Part shown: in pieces, positions 37,924 through 45,587 of the stretch
Layout of the letters: each line of letters opens with the position of its first letter
Numbering within the stretch: position 1 is the stretch's first letter
Assembly: GCA_965208125.1 (NCBI GenBank)
Contig: OZ242320.1
Location: 4,608,001 to 4,672,000, forward strand
Length of the DNA: 64,000 bases
Direction: 5' to 3'
DNA from: Candidatus Latescibacterota bacterium
Lineage (GTDB): Bacteria; Latescibacterota; UBA2968
Notes under the pieces: generated by a model
Database searches by the model: none
Told to the model about the DNA's origin: nothing
What the model saw: the letters and a program-made list of their open reading frames with translations, nothing else
Made by a program: the position numbers and the translations under genes

Positions 37924-39285
37924 ATGGGAAAACAAAATATTGAGAAGCCGAATATCATCTATATCATGCTGGATGAATGGGGATACTTTGAGTGGTCCGC
38001 CATGGGGCATCCTATTCTCCAAACGCCCAATATCGACAAGATGGCGTCTGAAGGCATCCGGTTTACTCAGATGCTTGCGGGAGGCAATGTCTGTGCGCCG
38101 ACGCGCTGTGCGCTGATGACAGGTCAGCATACGGGCCACACAACGATCCGCGCAAATGGCGGCGGTCTGGCACTGCGTACAGATGATATAACCATCGCTG
38201 AAATGCTCAAAGCCGAGGGCTACGCGACTGGCGGCTTCGGCAAGTGGGGCCTGGGTGATGCCGGGACAACGGGTGTGCCAGAGAAACACGGCTTCGATAC
38301 CTTCTTTGGTTACTATCACCAGGTGCATGCACACACGTACTATCCGAGGTACCTTCTCCACAATAGCGAGAAGATGTATCTGGAGGGGAATACAGGTGAT
38401 TTCCACACTGGCGAGGTGTTTTCCCATGGCCTCATCTATGAAGAAGGGCTGAAGTTCATACGAGAGAACAAAGATCGCCCGTTCTTTGCCTATCTTCCGT
38501 GGACACCTCCGCACGGCCAGTGGATGATGCCCGAATCGGATCCAGCATGGCAGAAGTACAGGGACGTGAAATGGGATGCCACGAACCAGAGAGGATCTTA
38601 CGATGCACAGATGTACGCCGCGATGATGGAAATGGCCGATCGCCAGATCGGTGAGATTATGGATCTGCTGAAGGCGTTGGAGATTGACGAGAAGACCATC
38701 ATCTTTGCTTGCGGCGACAATGGAGGTGCTACTTATTTCGCAAATGATAATCATCCGCATGGCTTTTTTGCCCCCAATCTGAATCCCGGGACGGGCGAAC
38801 GCTTCCGCGGGGGCAAGGGCAATTTCTATGAAGGCGGGCTACGGGTTCCCTTCATCGTCCGGTGGCCGGGTCAGATCGAGCCGGGAACGGTTTCTGATCA
38901 TCTGGGGTACTTTCCGGATGTGATGCCCACTCTGGCGGAACTGACGGGGGCGAAGATTGGGTCTGAGATTGATGGTATTTCGATCGCGCCTACATTGCAC
39001 GGTGAGACCGGGCGCACGCAGGAGCAGCACGAGTACCTGTACTGGGAGGATCGGAAAAGCTGCGCCGTTCGTATGGGGAGTTGGAAAGCCGTGAGACCAG
39101 ACAATGACGGGCCGTTTGAGTTGTATGACTTGAGCACAGATATTGAAGAACTGAACGATGTTGCTGCTCAGTATCCTGACATCCTCGAGAAGATGACGCA
39201 GTATGCCATGGAAGCTCACACACCAGTTCGCGAAGGCGAAATTCTCGATCCATCTATGGGATTCAAAGGACACGATGAGGATTAG
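37924..39285 (+). CDS. Cys-type arylsulfatase
   Basis: PNIIYIMLDE, CAPTR, GKWGLG, GDNG, YEGGLRVP. Confidence 0.93.
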   Translation: MGKQNIEKPNIIYIMLDEWGYFEWSAMGHPILQTPNIDKMASEGIRFTQMLAGGNVCAPTRCALMTGQHTGHTTIRANGGGLALRTDDITIAEMLKAEGYATGGFGKWGLGDAGTTGVPEKHGFDTFFGYYHQVHAHTYYPRYLLHNSEKMYLEGNTGDFHTGEVFSHGLIYEEGLKFIRENKDRPFFAYLPWTPPHGQWMMPESDPAWQKYRDVKWDATNQRGSYDAQMYAAMMEMADRQIGEIMDLLKALEIDEKTIIFACGDNGGATYFANDNHPHGFFAPNLNPGTGERFRGGKGNFYEGGLRVPFIVRWPGQIEPGTVSDHLGYFPDVMPTLAELTGAKIGSEIDGISIAPTLHGETGRTQEQHEYLYWEDRKSCAVRMGSWKAVRPDNDGPFELYDLSTDIEELNDVAAQYPDILEKMTQYAMEAHTPVREGEILDPSMGFKGHDED

Positions 39286-39292
39286 GCAGTTC

Positions 39293-40657
39293 ATGGCAGA
39301 TATTAAAGCAAATAAAAGCAATCAACCCAATGTGCTCTTTATCGCCATTGACGATCTGTGTGGCTGTCCCGATGCGATGAACGGAGAAACATCTGTTCAT
39401 ACTCCCAATATGAATGCGCTTGCCCAAAAGGGCGTGTATTTCACCAATGCACATTGTGCAGCGCCTGCCTGCAATCCTTCACGTGTAAGTGTGATGACCG
39501 GATTGGCTCCATCTACATCAGGGGTGTATCTCAACAGGCAGGACTGGCGAGATTGTAAGAACCTGAGAGATAGGGTTACACTGCCTCAATATTTTAAGGA
39601 CAAGGGGTACAAAACCCTTGGCGGCGGAAAGGTGTACCACGGGGCGACCCTGAGCGAAAAGATGTATATGGGATATCTCGATCCCCGTCCCTGGGACGAA
39701 TACTTTCCATCGAAGAACCGTCAAATGCCTCAGGAAGTCGCGCCAGATGTTTGGCCTGTAAATGGGAACAAAAAGTTTTATCGCGGATATTTTGATTGGG
39801 CGGGATTGGATATTGAAACGGGTGAAATGGCCGATGCCAAAGTCGTGTCGTGGGCAGAACAACAACTGTCTCAAGACCATGGTCAACCTTTGTTTTTGGC
39901 CGTGGGGATCTATCGACCGCATATTCCATGGTATGTGCCAGAAGAATATTTCGAGAGACATCCCTATGACGAAGTTGCAGTACCTGAGGTTCTTGAAAAC
40001 GATCTGGATGATGTGCCAGAAGCGGGTCGGGCTATGGCCAGGCGCACATGGCATAAATGGATGGTTGAAAATGACAAATGGAAAGAGGCTATTCAGGCAT
40101 ATCAGGCGGCTGTCAGTTTTACCGACGACATGGTTGGGCGTCTATTAGCTGCACTTCAAAATGGACCTCCCGCCGAAAATACTATTGTTGTGTTGTGGTC
40201 AGACAATGGATATCATCTGGGGCAAAAGGAGCATTGGGAGAAATTCGCATTGTGGGAGCAGACCACGCGGGTACCGATGATCATCGTTGCGCCTGGAGAG
40301 ATTGCCTCGAGCAAGGTCTGCAAACAGGCTGTCAGTCTGCTCGATATTTATCCTACACTGATCGAATTGTCAGGCGGTAAAATATCAGGAGATTTTGATG
40401 GCGTGAGTCTGGTCCCTTTGCTGCACAACCCTGAGGAAGAGACCCATCGCGCAGTGGTCTGTACACAGGGATTCAATAATCATGCAATAAGATCGGATAG
40501 GTGGCGTTATATCCGATATGAGGATGGCTCGGAAGAATTATACGACCATCAAAACGATGGGCAAGAGTTCCACAATCTGGCAGATCGGGAAGCGTATGTT
40601 TCCGTCAAACAAGAACTGGCATCATGGTTGCCAAAACACAATGCGGAACCACAATAG
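39293..40657 (+). CDS. Cys-type sulfatase, iduronate-2-sulfatase-like
   Basis: PNVLFIAIDDL, CNPSR, GKVYH, YRPHIPW, SDNGYHLGQKEHWEK. Confidence 0.92.
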   Translation: MADIKANKSNQPNVLFIAIDDLCGCPDAMNGETSVHTPNMNALAQKGVYFTNAHCAAPACNPSRVSVMTGLAPSTSGVYLNRQDWRDCKNLRDRVTLPQYFKDKGYKTLGGGKVYHGATLSEKMYMGYLDPRPWDEYFPSKNRQMPQEVAPDVWPVNGNKKFYRGYFDWAGLDIETGEMADAKVVSWAEQQLSQDHGQPLFLAVGIYRPHIPWYVPEEYFERHPYDEVAVPEVLENDLDDVPEAGRAMARRTWHKWMVENDKWKEAIQAYQAAVSFTDDMVGRLLAALQNGPPAENTIVVLWSDNGYHLGQKEHWEKFALWEQTTRVPMIIVAPGEIASSKVCKQAVSLLDIYPTLIELSGGKISGDFDGVSLVPLLHNPEEETHRAVVCTQGFNNHAIRSDRWRYIRYEDGSEELYDHQNDGQEFHNLADREAYVSVKQELASWLPKHNAEPQ

Positions 40658-40681
40658 ATGGTAACAATCAGGGAGAATGCT

Positions 40682-40846
40682 ATGAAACTCACCACTGAAC
40701 AAATCCGTGAATTTTACCACCGGGGTCATGTCAAAATTCCTGGTGCGATCTCAAAATCAATGGTTGACACGGCTCGTAAAGCGATCAACTATTCCATCGG
40801 CACACTCAGCTTTTCCTGTGTCCGCGAAGTGATGGGCCTTGACTAA
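40682..40846 (+). pseudogene. PhyH N-terminal fragment
   Basis: GGGAG RBS; MKLTTEQIREFYHRGHVKIPGAIS is a typical PhyH start, then the frame ends after about 54 codons without HxD. Confidence 0.75.
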
Positions 40847-40878
40847 AAACTTCAAGCGACTGACGTGAAGGAGATTGT

Positions 40879-41931
40879 ATGACAGCAAAAACCCTGATTG
40901 ACTACTTCCTTCCCATGGAGCCTCGGGGACCTCTGGTTTCCGAGGGAGTCTGGGGCGATTCGAATGTGTTGCCGCGCGATATCCAAAACGGGGTGGAAGA
41001 CGCCAGACTGGAGAATTGGTGCTACTGGGACGGTAAGATTGTGAAGGACGATGAGGGGCGCTATCACATCTATGCCAGCCGCTGGCATCACGCCTTTACG
41101 CACCGCACCGGCTGGAAAGAAGACTCAAAAGGCATACACGCTGTCAGCGACCATGTTATGGGGCCTTATGAGGATAAGGGCCTTCTCTGGCCCCACTGGC
41201 AGGGCGGTAAGGGACACAATGTGATCGGACTGAGGATGCACGATGGTCGGTACGCCACGGTGACAAGTGAGATTACTGAGGGAGAGGTCTTTGTTTCCGA
41301 ATCGCCAGACGGCCCGTTTGAACTGCTCGGCAGGATCAAGGTAGATTTCAACGGATTTGATCCGGCGCTTGCCCGCTATGAAAGGAACGGTCGCATGGCC
41401 AATGTCAAAATCCTGCTGCGACCGGATGGAAGATACATGATTGTCCCCCGGTCCACTGCTACCCTGATCAGCGAAAGCGGCATTCTGGGGCCTTATAAGA
41501 TCATGAGCGATCGGTTGTACGATAAATATCCAGAACTGCCTCAGACGCGAAATGAGGATCCAAGTGTCTGGTACAGCGGCGGCCTGTATCACATTGTGTA
41601 CAACCATTGGCCTACCGGAATATCTTATCACTTTACGTCCGAAGATGGTATTCATAACTGGACGTATCGGGGCGTTGCCTTCCGCAAAGAGGCCATGGTA
41701 TTTCGCTATACAGATGGAACTGTGAACCACTGGGAGATGGTAGAGCGTCCGACCGCATATGTCGAAGACGGCCACGTCACGCACTTCATCTTCTCGGTCA
41801 TTGATGTGAAGAAAGCGGAAGACCTGGGAAACGATAATCACGCCAGCAAGATTGTCGTCGTGCCGTTCGACGGAGCGTTGTTTGACCGGGACATGCAGGA
41901 GATTGTGGCGGCCGAAAAGGCAACGGGCTAA
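40879..41931 (+). CDS. Five-bladed beta-propeller glycoside hydrolase (GH43/62/32/68/117-like)
   Basis: AAGGAG RBS; YWDGKI, GRYHIYASRW, EDPSVW, ERP motifs. Confidence 0.72.
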   Translation: MTAKTLIDYFLPMEPRGPLVSEGVWGDSNVLPRDIQNGVEDARLENWCYWDGKIVKDDEGRYHIYASRWHHAFTHRTGWKEDSKGIHAVSDHVMGPYEDKGLLWPHWQGGKGHNVIGLRMHDGRYATVTSEITEGEVFVSESPDGPFELLGRIKVDFNGFDPALARYERNGRMANVKILLRPDGRYMIVPRSTATLISESGILGPYKIMSDRLYDKYPELPQTRNEDPSVWYSGGLYHIVYNHWPTGISYHFTSEDGIHNWTYRGVAFRKEAMVFRYTDGTVNHWEMVERPTAYVEDGHVTHFIFSVIDVKKAEDLGNDNHASKIVVVPFDGALFDRDMQEIVAAEKATG

Positions 41932-41934
41932 AAG

Positions 41935-43269
41935 CTATTTTCCCGAATCTGATGCTCTCCTGGGTTCAATAGGGATATCCCGGTCTGATTTCCATTTTCT
42001 GAGGGCTTGTCCCCATTTGCCCGGTCTGGCGTCTTCAAGGGTCAGGATCTTCTTGTCAGCGTTATACTTGAATCCTTCAAGGGTCACATTTTCGATATCG
42101 ACGCGATACGTTCCATTGGTGTAATCCTTTACCGCCCCGATCGATGGCCCGTCAAAGAATTTTGTGACCTTTCTTAGCCTCAGATCATCGTAGTATTCTT
42201 CCGGGATATTCATCATTTCGTGTGTTTTTACCTGCGCATCTTTCCCAAAAATCGCGTGAATATTTTTGATGGTACACCCGTCGGCAAATCGCCCGGGTTT
42301 CGCGTCGGGATTTCTCGCCTGTTCGGCCTTCTTGACGTTCCCCCGGCCTATGGTGACAGCATATGTACTGCTTTTGGACGTGACGCCATCGACGTGAACC
42401 AATCCATTGTTCGCGCTGTGAGGTCCAAGCATGACGGCACATCGGCCGTTTTCACTGGTGATGTTTCTGGCTGTAATATCGAAGACTGCCGTGTGATCTC
42501 CCACAGCACCCGTTTCCAGCCTCAGGGTGACGCCTCCTTTAGCATAAAGATCTTCGAAGTGCAACGATTGTGCGCCGTGTAACTGGACGAGTCCGTATCC
42601 CGGGCTGGCGTTGAAGATGCGACAATTTCGAATGGTTCCATCGGTAGCGCGAGAGATCTCCCAATGTTTCACATTTTCGTTGCGCGACCGTGTGGGGGTC
42701 ATCGTCAATCCGCAATAGACCGTGAAGTTATCTTTTATGTCGAGGTCGGAGATGAGGAAATTTCTGACCATTCTGCACAGGACAGTACGGATGCCCTCTT
42801 CTTCCCGCCGCTCCCGGTCGGAATAATCGACGATGAACCGTCCGCCGAGTCCCCTAATGCTGACGTTCTCAATAAATTCATTTCCCCTTTGCTTAGGTCC
42901 CCTCCCGGATGTATCCTCATAGTCCAGGATGAAAATAACGGTTTTTGTCCCTTCTGGCCAATAGGGCTTGATGACTGTATCTTTTTCGATCAACAGGTGT
43001 ACATTCGATTTGAGATAGACTTTTGCAAAACGATAGGTTCCTTTCGGAATAATAAGCCGTCCACCGTCTGCGGCTGCGACGTCGTTGATCGCCTTCTGCA
43101 AAAGCGCACTCTGGTTGGTTTTTGCACCGTCATCGACCAGGCCGTAATCGGATTCGAGGTTTTTCACAAAACCGTTTGGGTCCATGGTTTCCTGGTATCT
43201 GGCGCTGACCGTTGTGACCCATGAGATAAGCGTGAGGGTCATGAGACCGAGTATCAGTGTGAGCTTCAT
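41935..43269 (-). CDS. Secreted GH82 iota-carrageenase-like beta-helix protein
   Basis: Signal peptide; LQKAIND..GGRLIIPKGTY..LKSNVH, GYGLVQ, GGVTLRLETG, AVMLGPH, collinear with GH82 CgiA motifs as recalled. Confidence 0.78.
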   Translation of the reverse strand: MKLTLILGLMTLTLISWVTTVSARYQETMDPNGFVKNLESDYGLVDDGAKTNQSALLQKAINDVAAADGGRLIIPKGTYRFAKVYLKSNVHLLIEKDTVIKPYWPEGTKTVIFILDYEDTSGRGPKQRGNEFIENVSIRGLGGRFIVDYSDRERREEEGIRTVLCRMVRNFLISDLDIKDNFTVYCGLTMTPTRSRNENVKHWEISRATDGTIRNCRIFNASPGYGLVQLHGAQSLHFEDLYAKGGVTLRLETGAVGDHTAVFDITARNITSENGRCAVMLGPHSANNGLVHVDGVTSKSSTYAVTIGRGNVKKAEQARNPDAKPGRFADGCTIKNIHAIFGKDAQVKTHEMMNIPEEYYDDLRLRKVTKFFDGPSIGAVKDYTNGTYRVDIENVTLEGFKYNADKKILTLEDARPGKWGQALRKWKSDRDIPIEPRRASDSGK

Positions 43270-43270
43270 A

Positions 43271-43296
43271 ATAGGTTCTCCTTATAGGTTCTCCTT
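43271..43296 (-). repeat. Tandem 13-bp duplication of the RBS region of the GH82-like gene
   Basis: ATAGGTTCTCCTT twice (minus strand AAGGAGAACCTAT AAGGAGAACCTAT T ATG). Confidence 0.9.
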
Positions 43297-43374
43297 GTTT
43301 TTGCACACAACTTACATAACTAAAGGCGCAACTGCAAGCTGAAGATGTTGCCCGATATGAGCTAAAAGCTATTA

Positions 43375-45342
43375 TTATCTGCCCGGCAGATTTTTCGCAC
43401 GGTTCACGAGATCATGGACATCCATGTATGGTTCGGGGGCTGTAGATCTCCAGACGACCTCGCCGGTCGCGTCCAGCAGGACTGTGCCGTGCGCTGGGCC
43501 GGTGTGGGCCATTCCAAACCAGCCTGCCCATTTGCCAGCAGTGTCTGAGATAAAGCTCGACGACAGCGCAGCAACTCTCTCCTGGTCTGGATCGGATTCT
43601 GGCGTGATGATCACCAGATTGATGTCATTTTCCCGAAGCACCTCATCGAACAAACGCGCGTGCTCGTAACAATGCCCGCATTGAACACCAGTGATGAATG
43701 TGACGACAGTCGTCTTGCCAGTGATCAAGCTGAGTTGCTCTGGCTCTTCCACAACCAGGAACTGTCCCATCATCCCGTTGTCTTCGTGTTCCAGGATGTG
43801 GCAGTGGTACATGTATGGTACCTGAGGATCAGCATATCGCTCGAAGGCCATGATGATCCGAACGAGATCACCTGGAGGCACCAGGACTGTGTCTTTCCAG
43901 CCGAGGTCGGCACTGGTGGATGGTTGGCCGTTGCGGTCGAGAATTTGAAACTGGACCGGATGGAGGTGGAAAGGGTGAGGCTGACCGCCGCGATTGCGCA
44001 CTTCCCAAATCTCAATGTCTCCCAATCGTACGACCTCATCAATTCTCGCCATATCCATTGTCTTGCCGTTGATCGGTGGTCCTCCTCGACCCCCTCGACC
44101 CCCTCGACCTCCCCGTCCCCCTCGACCGCCTTGTAGAGCCTCCAGATTCCGGGTGATGCGTTGTTGTATGTTTTGTAGTCGTCCCCCTCGTCCCCCTCGA
44201 CCACCTTGTCGGGGTCCCGCCAAAACCATCGGACGGGTTTTGGCGGCGAGTGAGGGATCGATGCGGGAGATGATGTTGAGGCGCTCTGGCAGTGCGTGAG
44301 ATGCACGATTTGTCGGTCGGGGAACGATCTTTAACAATTGCAGATTCCCCGTGCCGGTTCCCCAGAAAAACGACGTGATCGTCCTCAGAAACCCGGCTTC
44401 CGGATAGCTTTTCAACACTACTTCAGCACCGTCGCTGAAGTCAACCAGGATCTCGGCTCGCTCGCCGGGTGCGAGGATCACGCGGTTGGTTTGGAGGGGC
44501 GTTTCGAGGAATCCGCCATCTGTGGCGATCTGATGAAACTCTCGGTTGTCGTCAAAGCCGATGTAGTAGATACGCGCATTCGAGCCGTTTAACAGTCTGA
44601 ATCGAATGCGACGTGACTCAACCTGGAGAAATGGATTCCAGGTTCCATTGATCAGCATGGTGTTTCCAAAGACAGCACCCTGGTTGCGGGCAAAGCGAAA
44701 CGCACCGTCATCGTCAAACAATCGGTCTTGAATCACGACTGGAATGTCGTCAACGCCGTAAGTCTTTGGCAGGCTCAGCGTATCACTGTTATCGTCATCG
44801 ATCCACATGAGGCCAGCGACCCCCCGATAGACTTGCCGCCCCGTGTTGCCATGCGGATGCGGGTGGTACCACAACGGAGCGGCCTGTTGATCGACCGGAA
44901 AGCTGGCAGTCCATGATTCTCCAGGCTCGATTTTCTGATGCGGTGTGCCGTCCATGCGAGCGGGAACGTGCATTCCGTGCCAGTGCATTGTCGTTATTTC
45001 ATTCAGATTGTTCTGGACGATCAGATCGACATCTTCGCCTCGACGCAGTCGCAGTGTCGGTCCCAGAAACGGGCCATTAACGCCAGCTGTCGGTGTTTGT
45101 TTGCCTGGCAAGAACTCTCGGCTTCCTTCAGCAACGGTCAGGTGAAACTGCCGATGTCCATCCATAACGGTTCCAAATAACTGTTCGGGAATCAGCAGCT
45201 TATTCTCAAAGGTCAACCCGCTGTTTGTGGCTCGGATGAACAACAGCCAGTAGCAGGTCACGCCCAATAACAGTACGATAATCAACAGTTCTATTGTGAT
45301 TGGCTTCAGCCGCCGGGGCCTGGCCGCCGTATTTGCAGGCAT
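43375..45342 (-). CDS. Multicopper oxidase (CueO/FtsP-like) with N-terminal membrane anchor, RGG insert and C-terminal AhpC/TSA-like CxxC domain
   Basis: HWHG, WYHPH, HPFHLH, HCHILEHEDNGMM copper motifs; GGRGGRGGR insert; C-terminal QCGHC...HGTVLLD..G.VVW. Confidence 0.9.
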   Translation of the reverse strand: MPANTAARPRRLKPITIELLIIVLLLGVTCYWLLFIRATNSGLTFENKLLIPEQLFGTVMDGHRQFHLTVAEGSREFLPGKQTPTAGVNGPFLGPTLRLRRGEDVDLIVQNNLNEITTMHWHGMHVPARMDGTPHQKIEPGESWTASFPVDQQAAPLWYHPHPHGNTGRQVYRGVAGLMWIDDDNSDTLSLPKTYGVDDIPVVIQDRLFDDDGAFRFARNQGAVFGNTMLINGTWNPFLQVESRRIRFRLLNGSNARIYYIGFDDNREFHQIATDGGFLETPLQTNRVILAPGERAEILVDFSDGAEVVLKSYPEAGFLRTITSFFWGTGTGNLQLLKIVPRPTNRASHALPERLNIISRIDPSLAAKTRPMVLAGPRQGGRGGRGGRLQNIQQRITRNLEALQGGRGGRGGRGGRGGRGGPPINGKTMDMARIDEVVRLGDIEIWEVRNRGGQPHPFHLHPVQFQILDRNGQPSTSADLGWKDTVLVPPGDLVRIIMAFERYADPQVPYMYHCHILEHEDNGMMGQFLVVEEPEQLSLITGKTTVVTFITGVQCGHCYEHARLFDEVLRENDINLVIITPESDPDQERVAALSSSFISDTAGKWAGWFGMAHTGPAHGTVLLDATGEVVWRSTAPEPYMDVHDLVNRAKNLPGR

Positions 45343-45419
45343 GTTTTTTCCTTATATGGGTGATCCGTTTCTTATTTGACAGCAGAAATTCGTGGCGCGT
45401 TCCATTATGCATCCTAATA

Positions 45420-45454
45420 AAAAAGGTCGTGAAAATTAATCTCACGACCTTTTG
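45420..45454. terminator. Terminator-like hairpin lying between divergent genes
   Basis: AAAAAGGTCGTGA-9 nt-TCACGACCTTTTT perfect 13-bp stem. Confidence 0.7.
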
Positions 45455-45587
45455 ACTTTGATTACTGCGCTCAATCGGTGATGATGTTTCTTGTCATTTC
45501 CAGTGGACGATTTATATTAATCAGGAAGCGATGACTCTCATAGAACTTTTCAATGAACGCGTTTTTTCTGCATTTTCTTAAGGGTTG

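Noticed and set aside
25851-41931. Integron-like cassette array (long run of same-strand, diverse genes)
   Set aside because: No recurring attC-like palindromes or GTTRRRY cores found in the intergenic regions by eye, and no integrase
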